From a bacterium (GTDB taxonomy: Bacteria > Patescibacteriota > Minisyncoccia > Phycocordibacterales > UBA9973), in assembly GCA_037143195.1 (NCBI GenBank), contig JBAWZD010000003.1, forward strand, positions 5,333 through 69,332: a stretch of DNA of 64,000 nt, written 5' to 3'. The stretch's first letter is position 1; each line of letters opens with the position of its first letter. Positions 10,107-20,089 of the stretch are shown one piece after another. A program made the translations under genes and the position numbers. The notes beneath the pieces are model-generated. The model saw only the letters and a list, made by a program, of their open reading frames with translations. It had not been told where the DNA came from and did not search any database.

Positions 10107-10266
10107 TCTCTTAGTATATAGGAAAGACCGGCGGGCGGGTAGCGAGCGGTATATTGCAAAAAAATGCTTTTCTGGTATAGTTTGCGGGTATTGCTTCTTA
10201 GCTGTGTCTCGGCGGGAGCGAGAAATCTTTGTATTCTATACACTATTAATCTATTAAGAACATACT

Positions 10267-10521
10267 ATGCCAATCACCAGTTCAGCCAAAAAGGCTATCC
10301 GTGTCAGTGCTCGCAAGAAGCTCGTCAACGATCGTCGCACACGTGCGATGAAAGACGAGGTCAAGAAGATAGAAAAGGCAGTCAAGCTTGGAAAGAAAGA
10401 CGAAGCTTTGAAAATGATGTCAGTTACATTCGCTGCAATCGACAAGGCTGCAAAGCGCGGAGTCATCAAGAAGAACACTGCAAGTCGCAAGAAGGCTCGC
10501 ATGGCTCGTCTCGTCAAATAG
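10267..10521 (+). CDS. rpsT: 30S ribosomal protein S20
   Basis: MPITSSAKKAIR...IDKAAKRGVIKKNTASRKKAR. Confidence 0.97.
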   Translation: MPITSSAKKAIRVSARKKLVNDRRTRAMKDEVKKIEKAVKLGKKDEALKMMSVTFAAIDKAAKRGVIKKNTASRKKARMARLVK

Positions 10522-10530
10522 TCGAGGAGG

Positions 10531-10620
10531 AGGGAAGAATCGCAAAAAAATACGTACTAAAGAACACGGCTCCTCCTCCGTGTTTTTTAGTACGTATTTT
10601 GTTTTTTGCGAAATCTCCCT
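10531..10620. repeat. ~90-nt imperfect inverted repeat after rpsT
   Basis: AGGGA..CGCAAAAAAATACGTACTAAAGAACACGG / CCGTGTTTTTTAGTACGTATTTT..TTTTTGCG..TCCCT. Confidence 0.75.
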
Positions 10621-10642
10621 GTGTCTGTATAATTGGGGGACT

Positions 10643-10900
10643 ATGTCATTATTGAATTTTTACGGACGCGAGTGCCCGCACTGTCACACGATGGAACCAT
10701 TAATAGCAAAGCTCGAAGCAGAGACCGGAGTCAAAGTGGAACGCCTCGAGACGTGGCACGACGAGAAGAACGAAAAGCTCCGTTCCGAATACGACAAGGA
10801 TTTCTGTGGGGGAGTACCATTCTTCTTTAACACCGAAACGAAGAAATGGATTTGTGGCGAAGCTGACATGGACGAACTGAAGACGTGGGCAGGGAAATAG
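10643..10900 (+). CDS. thioredoxin/glutaredoxin-like protein
   Basis: FYGRECPHC (CxxC) and GGVPFF cis-Pro motif; terminator at about 10901-10933. Confidence 0.88.
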   Translation: MSLLNFYGRECPHCHTMEPLIAKLEAETGVKVERLETWHDEKNEKLRSEYDKDFCGGVPFFFNTETKKWICGEADMDELKTWAGK

Positions 10901-10953
10901 AATAAAGGCGCTTCGATGTGAAGCGCCTTTATTGCACATTATTTTGCTGACTT

Positions 10954-11475
10954 TTATTTTGTCAGCATTCTTTGGTGGGGGATCGACCCCATCTCGGTAA
11001 TATTTTTTCTGTAGACAATCATCGCATTATCAAATGCATTTGTTGTCACCATAACTAATTTACCCTTTACCCCCGCCATGATTTCGGGAACAATGAGTGC
11101 CTCGTAGCCTTCACTTTTAAGCTTGGCTACTGTTCTTACCGCACTTGTCATTGGGTCATCAACGGGGAGTGATATTGCGTTTGAAGGCAATAGGTTGGTT
11201 GGCTGATCGAGCCAACCCAAAACTGTAGTGTTGTCCGTTAGCAACATCTGGTTACTCGGAGTGGGAGAGAAGGTCATTCTCTCCCTGAGGCCTGCTTCTT
11301 CTCTAAAAATTCCCGCCAGATCAACGGCGGCTTTTTGGTTCTGGACACCAAAATAGCGGTGCCCTTTGTCAGGGAGACACGTCGGGTTATCCACAAAGTG
11401 CAGATAACTGATTGTGATGCTGTACAGTGCTAGGACCGTCACAGTAATTCGTAGGAAATTGTTCCTCTTTTTCAT
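10954..11475 (-). CDS. hypothetical protein with N-terminal anchor/signal
   Basis: 173-aa ORF with a hydrophobic N-terminus and its own TTGACT promoter. Confidence 0.65.
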   Translation of the reverse strand: MKKRNNFLRITVTVLALYSITISYLHFVDNPTCLPDKGHRYFGVQNQKAAVDLAGIFREEAGLRERMTFSPTPSNQMLLTDNTTVLGWLDQPTNLLPSNAISLPVDDPMTSAVRTVAKLKSEGYEALIVPEIMAGVKGKLVMVTTNAFDNAMIVYRKNITEMGSIPHQRMLTK

Positions 11476-11624
11476 ATGTATTTAAAATGGTTGGCACTTA
11501 GTCTAACATATTAATTAAAAAAGTCAAATTTTATACACCCTAAAACCCTGTATTCACAAGCTTGTTTGCGGTATCTTTACTAATTTTCCAAAATAACGTA
11601 TAGTCTAGCGGTCTTTCGACCAAC

Positions 11625-11696
11625 GGTTTTGTCGTTCAATGGATAGGACACTCCCCTGCGAAGGGAGAAATGCAGGTTCGATTCCTGCCAAGACCA
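11625..11696 (+). tRNA. tRNA-Arg(GCG)
   Basis: GGTTTTG/CAAGACC acceptor, CTCCC-CTGCGAA-GGGAG anticodon arm, GCAGG-TTCGATT-CCTGC T arm; CCA not encoded. Confidence 0.95.
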
Positions 11697-11702
11697 CAAC
11701 AT

Positions 11703-12092
11703 ATGCGTACTATCACCAATTTCTTTCTCGGTATTGAGGAACGAGCACGGGTGTATTTTGAACGTTTTCCATTTATTCAGGCCTTCGTAGCCGGTATCGG
11801 CGTCATCATTTTTTGGCGTGGGGTTTGGGAGCTTCTCGATACTCAGGGCATTTCACCATTTTGGTCAATCCTCATCGGTATCCTATTACTCGGCTCCGTT
11901 GGCGTATTCATTCAAACATTCATCGGTAATACGATCATCATCAAAAACGTGAAGCAAGAAGAAAAAATGGAAAAGAAGGTGCTTGAGAAAGTCGAAGGGG
12001 AAGTCGATACAGAAGAAGTGAGTATCACCGTCCTCTCAAAAAAGCTCGATCGTCTCATTGAGAAAGTATCGGAAATTGAATCGAAAAAGTAG
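11703..12092 (+). CDS. small membrane protein
   Basis: Two TM segments (GIGVIIFWRGVW) plus a charged C-terminal tail; overlaps the kinase 3' end by 38 nt. Confidence 0.75.
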   Translation: MRTITNFFLGIEERARVYFERFPFIQAFVAGIGVIIFWRGVWELLDTQGISPFWSILIGILLLGSVGVFIQTFIGNTIIIKNVKQEEKMEKKVLEKVEGEVDTEEVSITVLSKKLDRLIEKVSEIESKK

Positions 12093-14052
12093 TTCCTTCG
12101 TGAAGTGTACTGGTAACACGGATACAGCCGTTGTGGCGCGTAACGATTTGTTTTGCAATCGCAAGACCGAGGCCGCTTCCTGTGTGGCTTGCGGGATTTT
12201 GGGGTGCGCGATAGAAACGATCAAAAATATGAGGAAGGTCGTCTGCTGAAATACCAGCCCCGTTGTCGCTTATCGTGAGTAGTGCGAGATGTCCAGACTT
12301 TTTGAGTGTAATCGTTACATGCCCATCACGGAGGGGAGAACGATAATGCATTGCATTTGCCACAATGTTGGTAACAAGCTCCTCGAGTAATTTTTTGTTG
12401 CCGAGAATCGAACCGCAGTCTGCTATGTCTGTAATGAGTGTGATGTGTTTGTCCTCAGCCACAACTTCGAAATAATCGATTTGTTCTTGGAGGAGGGGTT
12501 TGAGTGCGATAGGAGTCATCTCGTGCTGGTCGAGTGAGTGTTCGAAACGAACAACCCTGAGAAGTTGTCGAATAAAACCTGAGACTCGGTCGATCGACTT
12601 TTGAACGGCGAGGAGTTGTGTTGGATTCTCGCTGTGGTCACTGAGAATCTCGAGTTCTCCTCGAATGATTGCAAGGGGAGTTTGCAGATTGTGTGAAATG
12701 GTAATCATGGCTTCCTTTTGTTCCTCTTGGAGTTTTTGAATTTCATCTGTACGTTCTGCGACGAGTCGCTCGAGATGTGCACTGTAGTTTTGTACCCGTG
12801 CGTAGAGTTCCGCTTTGGTGAGTGCAATTGCGGCTTGCACGGCAAATGTCGCGAGGAATTGGGCATCTTTCTGGGTATAGAAATCGCCGGACTTTTTTGG
12901 ACCAAGCGTCAAAACACCGATGCTACTTTTTTCGAACATGATTGGTTGATATGCGTTGCGAAATCCAGCGACACGAGCTTCAGGATATGTTTGGGTAAAG
13001 ATATCGGTGTCAAACAAGAAACATACATTGTTTGTTTTGAATGTTTCTTGGAGTATTCGAGTCGCCCCTGCAACAATTTCATTTTTTTCATGGTTGGTAT
13101 GAAGGATTCGACTGAGTGAATGCATCACTTCTGCATAATTGTAAGGACATTTGAAGAAGATCGAATCAGACCATCGTTCAAAATATGTTTGGATGATTGG
13201 CAAACCACCGATGCCAAGTATGGTTGTTGCTCCCGCGCTCACGATGCTTGAGGTGTCAGTCGTTGTGCCGAGAATAAGTCCAAAAAGTACAATGAGGAGC
13301 AGGTACACCGTCACGATGAGAATGAGCACGATCGTATAAATCAAACTTCTTTGAATGACGATACGAATATCAAGGAGTTCATGGCGGATGATCGCATACG
13401 CGGTGAGTCCAATATAGAAAATAGATGAAATTGGTCCGAGAAAGGTGAGCTCAAAAAAACCGACCGAGGGGAGGAGGATATCGAATATTCCAGCGGACAA
13501 GAGAAATACGGAGAGTCCAAAAAGCAGATAGTTCATTTGGAGACGAGCCTTACCAGACGACCTTAGGTAGGAACGAACTGAGAGTACGATGCTCTCTACG
13601 ATAACGAAGAGAGACACAAGGGCAAATACAGGGAAGAGAGGTCCGTTTGTGGGCGTACTGGGGTGTGTTGGAAGAAGGTCAGTCTTTGTAATAATAAGAT
13701 TAAATGGAGCGAGTACTGCCAGAAAAATAATTGGAATAAAGTGAAGGAAAAAACTTTTGTGGGGAATTTTCCCGTAGGGAAATGTTTTAGCAAACAGAAG
13801 GAACCCTGAAAGCAGTACAAGGAATCCAAAGAGAGAAAGTGTTGTGTACCGTTCGATGTGGTGTTGTGTCTCGGTGAGGACAAGACCGAAACTCCAAAAC
13901 GAAATGCCAGTAACTGCGAGTGAGAATGATTGATGGATAATGTTTTTTGGTTTACGGAGAAAAACAAAAATACCAATGGCGAGATTTGATACAATGACGA
14001 CCAAAAGGAGGATTTCTTCGAGGTTGATTCCGGTAGAGGGTAATTGGGTCAT
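12055..14052 (-). CDS. sensor histidine kinase (multi-TM N-terminus, GAF-like, HisKA, HATPase)
   Basis: ISHNLQTPL H-box, NIVANAMHY N-box, DNGAGI, FDRFYR, GSGLGLAI. Confidence 0.93.
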   Translation of the reverse strand: MTQLPSTGINLEEILLLVVIVSNLAIGIFVFLRKPKNIIHQSFSLAVTGISFWSFGLVLTETQHHIERYTTLSLFGFLVLLSGFLLFAKTFPYGKIPHKSFFLHFIPIIFLAVLAPFNLIITKTDLLPTHPSTPTNGPLFPVFALVSLFVIVESIVLSVRSYLRSSGKARLQMNYLLFGLSVFLLSAGIFDILLPSVGFFELTFLGPISSIFYIGLTAYAIIRHELLDIRIVIQRSLIYTIVLILIVTVYLLLIVLFGLILGTTTDTSSIVSAGATTILGIGGLPIIQTYFERWSDSIFFKCPYNYAEVMHSLSRILHTNHEKNEIVAGATRILQETFKTNNVCFLFDTDIFTQTYPEARVAGFRNAYQPIMFEKSSIGVLTLGPKKSGDFYTQKDAQFLATFAVQAAIALTKAELYARVQNYSAHLERLVAERTDEIQKLQEEQKEAMITISHNLQTPLAIIRGELEILSDHSENPTQLLAVQKSIDRVSGFIRQLLRVVRFEHSLDQHEMTPIALKPLLQEQIDYFEVVAEDKHITLITDIADCGSILGNKKLLEELVTNIVANAMHYRSPLRDGHVTITLKKSGHLALLTISDNGAGISADDLPHIFDRFYRAPQNPASHTGSGLGLAIAKQIVTRHNGCIRVTSTLHEGTTFSIQFPILSQ

Positions 14053-14064
14053 TGGATGTAACGT

Positions 14065-14736
14065 TTATATTTTATAAGCCTCAAATCGATATCCCCGACG
14101 GGGGATTGTTTTAATGAAGCCAATCTTTTTTGATTCGAGTTTCTTTCGGAGTAGCCGAACATGTGTATCAACGGTGTTGGTAAATGGATCAATATTCATG
14201 TCCCAAACATATTCAAGAATCATTTCTCTCGAAAGGAGGGTATCTGTATGTTGCATGAAATATTCCAAGAGCGAAAATTCTTTGTTTCGCAAGGTGATCT
14301 GTTTGCCGTGGAGTGTTACGAGATGTTTCTTTGAATCAAGCACGAGTGGTCCAACTTTGAGAATATCAGTATAGAGAATCTGGCCTCGACGCGTCAGTGC
14401 TCGGAGTCGGACTACTAATTCTCGAAGCGAAAACGGTTTTGTGATGTAATCGTCGCACACACCAAGCATATCGATTTTGATATCGATATTTTTTTCTGCA
14501 GAGAGTACGAGAATTGGTATCGACGGTCGGTACTTTCTGATAGCAAGCGAAATTTCACTTCCTTCCATGTCGGGAAGATGAAAATCAAGTATGACGACAT
14601 CGAATGTATGCTCAGATGCGAACGCTACGCCGAGCTCTCCCGTGCGTGCGACGGCTACCACACAGAGTTCGGACTCGAGTCCTTTTTTGATAAATTCGGA
14701 AATCTCAATTTCGTCTTCGATAATGAGAACTTTCAT
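14065..14736 (-). CDS. OmpR-family response regulator
   Basis: IIEDE, VILDFHLP, DDYITKPF, wHTH with RRGYRF. Confidence 0.94.
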   Translation of the reverse strand: MKVLIIEDEIEISEFIKKGLESELCVVAVARTGELGVAFASEHTFDVVILDFHLPDMEGSEISLAIRKYRPSIPILVLSAEKNIDIKIDMLGVCDDYITKPFSLRELVVRLRALTRRGQILYTDILKVGPLVLDSKKHLVTLHGKQITLRNKEFSLLEYFMQHTDTLLSREMILEYVWDMNIDPFTNTVDTHVRLLRKKLESKKIGFIKTIPRRGYRFEAYKI

Positions 14737-14839
14737 GGCCGTTAGCTACCCATAAATGGTAACACAACTAGTTAATCGAAATCTAAACTCGAGACACGAA
14801 AAAAAGCCTTTATTGTAGGCGTTTTTTCGTAGTGGTGGA

Positions 14840-15316
14840 TTAAAATCCGAGATGTTCCATGACGCGGTGTGTCAGCTGTTCCTTGAAGTTTTTTTCCGTA
14901 AGTCGGGTGAGAAGTAGTTGGCGAAGCGCCTCAGGGTCTATCGTATAGGGAAGTGCGATAGAAATTACCGGAGCGACAATGCGACTAGTCTCAATGATGA
15001 GATGATTGCCGAGGTCGTGTTCGTCGATTGAAAACCCTTTTACTTTTTCAAACGCATAAAAAAAGTTGCGAATACGGATTCCCTCATCTGAAATCGCAAT
15101 CTCGATGATCTCGGGTTTTCTCGCTGCGTAAAATCCAAGAACGGTAGCGGCAAGGATGATAAAGATAGCAAAGAGTGTGTCATGAAATATCACCGCGATT
15201 GCCGCTCCTGCAATCGCAATAACTCCAAGAGCCCAAAACCAATCTGGGCCTTTTTCACGGTGATTGTATTCTTCAATCTCCCATGAAATTCGAGGTTCTT
15301 TGTTTCCTTGTGCCAT
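14840..15316 (-). CDS. conserved CPR-type membrane protein (two TM plus PH-like tail)
   Basis: ISWEIEEYNHREKGPDWFW followed by two TM helices. Confidence 0.7.
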   Translation of the reverse strand: MAQGNKEPRISWEIEEYNHREKGPDWFWALGVIAIAGAAIAVIFHDTLFAIFIILAATVLGFYAARKPEIIEIAISDEGIRIRNFFYAFEKVKGFSIDEHDLGNHLIIETSRIVAPVISIALPYTIDPEALRQLLLTRLTEKNFKEQLTHRVMEHLGF

Positions 15317-15361
15317 ATACGATTACTAGTGTATCACGGAAAAGATGATGTGTGTGGTGAA

Positions 15362-16045
15362 TTACTCGGTGACTCGTGGACTACCGTGAGCTTCGCCCCA
15401 TGCGAATGGATTTTGATACCATGTTTCGAGTTCAGTGAGAATGGTTTCGTCGAGCAAGTTTTCTGCACGTGCTGTTTCAAGTAGATAAGGGAAATTGATG
15501 AGTGACGTCATCGTACATGAGGGCGTCATCGCACTAAATTTATTTTCTTGATTTGGAAAATCGTAGTAGTAGATGACCGAACATGTTGAGACCGTTGCTC
15601 CTTCACGGCGCATTGCTTCAACTGCGTTTAATGCACTTCCACCTGTTGAGATGGTGTCTTCGATAACGAGCACATTTTTGCCGGCGAGACCGCCAGGGAT
15701 ATCGCCTTCGACTTGTCTGCCTGCTCCATGATCTTTGGCTTTTGCGCGGATGTAGAGGAGGGGAAGACCGAGTTTGTCGGCGAGAGTTGTCGCGTGGGGG
15801 ATTGCACCGGTTGCAACACCGGCAATCGCGTCATATTTCACCCCACTCTCGGTGATTTGTGTGGCGAATGCTTCGGCGATAGCCGCACGAACTTCGGGGT
15901 ATCCAATTAGGCAACGATTGTCTATATATACAGGCATCGCATATCCTGATGCCCAGCGAAAAGGCTTCTCGGGCGAGACTTTGATGGCACCTCGGGTCAA
16001 AATGGCTCGTGCAATAGCACGGCGTGGGTCTATTTGGTCACTCAT
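15362..16045 (-). CDS. pyrE: orotate phosphoribosyltransferase
   Basis: FRWASG, YIDNR, RAKAKDHG, VIEDTISTGGS PRPP loop. Confidence 0.95.
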   Translation of the reverse strand: MSDQIDPRRAIARAILTRGAIKVSPEKPFRWASGYAMPVYIDNRCLIGYPEVRAAIAEAFATQITESGVKYDAIAGVATGAIPHATTLADKLGLPLLYIRAKAKDHGAGRQVEGDIPGGLAGKNVLVIEDTISTGGSALNAVEAMRREGATVSTCSVIYYYDFPNQENKFSAMTPSCTMTSLINFPYLLETARAENLLDETILTELETWYQNPFAWGEAHGSPRVTE

Positions 16046-16074
16046 GCGTCATATGGTAGCATAGGAATGAAATT

Positions 16075-17028
16075 ATGAAACTACGTGGGATAGAATTCGG
16101 ATCATGTATTGGGGCTTCGGGCCTCAATGGTTGGTTTGGCGAAGGATATCCGTATCACACAGTTTTGCGCCTCCTCCCAGGGTTTACGTTTGAGGGTGTG
16201 ACTCTTACTGCCAAAACAACGACGCTTGAAAGCCGTGCGGGCAATATGCCACTGCGAAAAGACAAGATTACTCCGCGCGAATTGAAACCGGTCAGCATTG
16301 TGGTGAAGCCTGGAGCAGGGGTTGTGTTGAATGCCGTCGGACTTTCGGGTCCTGGATTGCGCTACTTGCTTGACCTCGGAAAATGGCAGGCACTCGAGAA
16401 GCCATTCTTCCTTTCCTTTATGTCTGTCGGCGCGACAAGTGCTGAACGTATCGAAGAATTGCGCACGGCCGTAGAGATTTTAAAAACAGAACTACCAAAA
16501 TTTAAGGCACCGGTCGGGTTACAATTGAATTTCTCGTGTCCAAATGTCGGCCATGCACAAGAAGAAATGGTGCAAGACATTCATGAGTCGCTCGCTATCG
16601 CGAGCGTGCTCAACATCCCACTCGTCCCAAAAATCTCAGTGATGATTCCACCAGACAAGGCTGGAGAGATCATTCGAGATCCAAACTGTGATGCGCTCGC
16701 AGTTTCAAATACGATTGCATGGAGTGATTTGTCAGAAGACGTGCAGAAAGTATTTTTCCGCACGACAAAATCTCCGCTCGCACGATTTGGTGGTGGGGGA
16801 ATTTCGGGAAAATATTTGTTGCCACTTGTCGAGCAATGGTTGTATCAATTCAAAAAGTTCTCTGGTGGCAAGCCGGTGATTGCAGGTGGCGGAATTATGC
16901 GTGCTCGCGATGTTGATACGCTGGTTGCGGCTGGCGCGAGTGCGGTATCACCAGGGAGTGTCGTTATTTTGCGGCCTTGGAACTTGAAGGCGATTGTGGC
17001 GCGGGCGAAAAAGCTTCTCGAAAAATAA
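16075..17028 (+). CDS. pyrD: dihydroorotate dehydrogenase (class 1-like)
   Basis: KTTT..R.GN, NAVGLSGPG, LNFSCPN catalytic Cys, SNT, GGISG, AGGGI. Confidence 0.88.
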   Translation: MKLRGIEFGSCIGASGLNGWFGEGYPYHTVLRLLPGFTFEGVTLTAKTTTLESRAGNMPLRKDKITPRELKPVSIVVKPGAGVVLNAVGLSGPGLRYLLDLGKWQALEKPFFLSFMSVGATSAERIEELRTAVEILKTELPKFKAPVGLQLNFSCPNVGHAQEEMVQDIHESLAIASVLNIPLVPKISVMIPPDKAGEIIRDPNCDALAVSNTIAWSDLSEDVQKVFFRTTKSPLARFGGGGISGKYLLPLVEQWLYQFKKFSGGKPVIAGGGIMRARDVDTLVAAGASAVSPGSVVILRPWNLKAIVARAKKLLEK

Positions 17029-17038
17029 TTTTTTATAA

Positions 17039-17677
17039 ATGTTCGAACAGATACTGGGCGTGTTCTTTCCTGATATTTGCGTTGGGTGTGGTGTGCGGGG
17101 GTGTTTGTTGTGTGAGGAGTGTCGGCGGGGCTTGCCGCAGGCAAGCCCCGCCGAGCACCCATGGATCACAAGCTTGTTTGCCTACCAAGATTCTCGAGTG
17201 CGGAGCTTGATTAAGAAAATTAAATTTAAAAATACACGTCACGGTGTGGATGTTTTTGCGGAAGCGCTCGCTCGGGCAGTGACTGAATATGTGGGGGAGG
17301 AGACGCTGATGATTGGTGAGCGTACGCTCTTGCTTGTGCCTATTCCTCTCTCGAAAAAACGAGCCAAACTGCGCGGGTACAATCAATCGGAATTAGTCGC
17401 CCGAAAGATGCTCAGGTATCTCGACCGTGATCGGTTTCGTATTGATACGAAGCTTTTAGTTAAGGAAATCGAGACTACGGCACAATCAGATATCAAAAAG
17501 AAGAGCGAACGACTCGCCAATCTTGGGTCGTGTTTTCGGGCGACGAGAGGGTCACGCGGGGAGTGCATTATTTTGATCGATGATGTGACGACGACGGGAG
17601 CGACACTCGGCGCGGCGCGGAGCTCGCTCCGCGCCGCCCATTTCACCCACGTCCACGCATTCACCATCGCCCACTAA
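17039..17677 (+). CDS. comF: ComF family competence protein
   Basis: CVGC...CEEC zinc ribbon, VPIPLS..R...RGYNQS, LIDDVTTTGAT. Confidence 0.92.
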   Translation: MFEQILGVFFPDICVGCGVRGCLLCEECRRGLPQASPAEHPWITSLFAYQDSRVRSLIKKIKFKNTRHGVDVFAEALARAVTEYVGEETLMIGERTLLLVPIPLSKKRAKLRGYNQSELVARKMLRYLDRDRFRIDTKLLVKEIETTAQSDIKKKSERLANLGSCFRATRGSRGECIILIDDVTTTGATLGAARSSLRAAHFTHVHAFTIAH

Positions 17678-17888
17678 AACAAAAACCGCCGTTTGGTATA
17701 CACGTGAGCTTCTCTAATCGCGTGCATACGTCGGGCGGTGGTTGTTCCATGATCCGATTGAATTGTAAAAGAATTATATTGTGACGGCGTGTGGTGATGA
17801 TAAATGAATAATGAGCATCACCCGACAAGTGATACGAGTATCATAGCTATTCGGTACTCAAGAAAAAGTAAAGAAACCGTGCGAGCTG

Positions 17889-18563
17889 TTATTTACTCAC
17901 ATCGATTTTGTATCCACGTCCAGACAAACAATGAATGAGATTGCGTTTGCCCGAAGCATTCAGCTTATTTCGAAGATTCAAAATATGAGTTTCGATAGTA
18001 CGTGAAAATGCATCTGCTCGCGTGTCCCATACATGCTCAAGCAATTCTCCCCGTGGCACAACGCGACCAACATTGCGGAGAAGGAGTTCGAGAATTGCGA
18101 ATTCCTTTCTGGTGAGGCGGAGAGCGTCGCGCCCACGAGTCACTTTTTGTGTTTCAACGTTGAGCGTAATATCGTGATAGGTGAGTACGGGAAACGTTCG
18201 TATTTTTGGGCGACGAAGGATCGCGTTGATGCGCGCATGGAGTTCTTCGAAATAGAATGGTTTCATAATGAAATCATCGACCCCAGCCGTGAAGCTTTTG
18301 AGCTTGTGCTCAAGGCTACACATGTTTGAAAGGAGGATGACCGGAGTTTGGCATCCGTTCATGCGCATATAATGACAAAGCGTGTGGCCCGCTTGTCCGG
18401 GGAGAGAATTGTCGAGCACGATAAGGTCGTATGGATTTATTTCGGCGAGCTCGGTCGCGCTTGGAGCGTCACTCGCAACATCGACGGCAAAGCATTTTTC
18501 CTCAAGACGGCGTTTGAGAAAAAGTTGGAAACTGGTGTCATTTTCTGCAACAAGTAATCGCAT
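17889..18563 (-). CDS. orphan OmpR-family response regulator
   Basis: LIVLDNSLP, DDFIMKPF, LTRKEFAILELL, GRGYK. Confidence 0.9.
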   Translation of the reverse strand: MRLLVAENDTSFQLFLKRRLEEKCFAVDVASDAPSATELAEINPYDLIVLDNSLPGQAGHTLCHYMRMNGCQTPVILLSNMCSLEHKLKSFTAGVDDFIMKPFYFEELHARINAILRRPKIRTFPVLTYHDITLNVETQKVTRGRDALRLTRKEFAILELLLRNVGRVVPRGELLEHVWDTRADAFSRTIETHILNLRNKLNASGKRNLIHCLSGRGYKIDVSK

Positions 18564-18700
18564 AGAGTGTGCGTAGTATATCGCGCACTTGTTTGGTTTG
18601 GGTGACGTAGTTTAAAAATCCGTTACCTCCTTTTTATCATTTTTTTATACGAAACATCGTGTATTTGAAATACGGGTGAAAACAGTTAGAATACGCCCAT

Positions 18701-20089
18701 ATGGAATACCGCACAGAAAAAGACTCATTGGGCGAGGTTCAGGTTCCTGCGACTGCCTACTATGGGGCACAAACACAGCGTTCGATACAGAATTTTCCGA
18801 TTGGAGCAGGCGCTCATACAATGCCGATCGAAGTTGTGCGTGCACTTGCGCTCGTCAAAAAAGCAGCCGCACAGGCAAACGAGAGTCTCGGTGCGCTTTC
18901 GAATGAGAAGGCGAATGCCATCGCTCGCGTGTGTGATGAAATTCTGGACGGAAAGCTCGATGCAGAATTTCCGCTTGTCGTTTGGCAGACGGGTTCGGGC
19001 ACACAGACGAATATGAATGTGAATGAAGTCATTGCAAACCGTGCACACGTACTTGCTGGGGGAGCGCTCACAGATCTCGCAAAAAGTATTCATCCAAACG
19101 ATGACGTGAACATGTCGCAATCTTCAAACGATGTGTTTCCAACCGCCATGCATATTTCTGCATATGTGATGATCGTAAAGACGACACTGCCTGCACTCAA
19201 AAAGCTTCGTGATACATTCGCTCAAAAATCCACTCAGTATATGAATGTCGTCAAAGTGGGACGAACGCATATGATGGATGCGACGCCGGTCACGCTCGGC
19301 CAAGAATTCAGTGCGTATGTGGCAATGCTTGATATGGGCATCGCAAGTATTGAGCAGAAACTTCCCGCGCTCGCTACGCTCGCGCTCGGCGCCACTGCCG
19401 TCGGCACTGGACTTAACGCACCCGAGGGCTACGCGCAAAAGGCAATCGCAAATATTGTGTCGCTTTCTGGACTCCCATTTACACAGGCACCAAATCTTTT
19501 TTCGGCTATCGCATCCCACGAAGCACTCGTCGATATGCACGGCTCACTCAAAACTGTCGCAACGAGTCTCATGAAGATTGCAAACGATATTCGTTTTCTC
19601 GCCTCAGGTCCACGTGCAGGTATTGCCGAAATCCGTATTCCCGACAACGAACCTGGTTCGTCAATCATGCCTGGCAAAGTAAATCCAACACAGTGTGAAG
19701 CGCTCGCCATGGTCACAGCGCAAGTCATGGGCAATGATGTCGCTGTCAGTATCGGTAATGCGAATGGTCATCTCGAACTCAATGTGTACAAACCGCTCAT
19801 CATTCGAAACGTACTCGAAAGCGCACAACTCATTGGAGAGGCGAGTGCCTCATTTAGCGATAAGTGCGTCGCAGGTATTGAGCCAATCACCGAGAACATC
19901 AAGCGCAATCTTGATCGATCACTCATGCTTGTGACTGCGCTTACTCCACACATTGGGTACGACAAATCTGCCGAAATCGCAAAGAAGGCTCAAGCAGAAA
20001 ACACCACACTCAAAGAATCAGCGCTCGCACTCGGCTACGTGAATGAAGCAGATTTTGATGCGTGGGTTCGTCCTGACGAAATGATCTAA
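18701..20089 (+). CDS. fumC: class II fumarate hydratase
   Basis: [33 protein letters not shown] signature. Confidence 0.97.
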   Translation: MEYRTEKDSLGEVQVPATAYYGAQTQRSIQNFPIGAGAHTMPIEVVRALALVKKAAAQANESLGALSNEKANAIARVCDEILDGKLDAEFPLVVWQTGSGTQTNMNVNEVIANRAHVLAGGALTDLAKSIHPNDDVNMSQSSNDVFPTAMHISAYVMIVKTTLPALKKLRDTFAQKSTQYMNVVKVGRTHMMDATPVTLGQEFSAYVAMLDMGIASIEQKLPALATLALGATAVGTGLNAPEGYAQKAIANIVSLSGLPFTQAPNLFSAIASHEALVDMHGSLKTVATSLMKIANDIRFLASGPRAGIAEIRIPDNEPGSSIMPGKVNPTQCEALAMVTAQVMGNDVAVSIGNANGHLELNVYKPLIIRNVLESAQLIGEASASFSDKCVAGIEPITENIKRNLDRSLMLVTALTPHIGYDKSAEIAKKAQAENTTLKESALALGYVNEADFDAWVRPDEMI

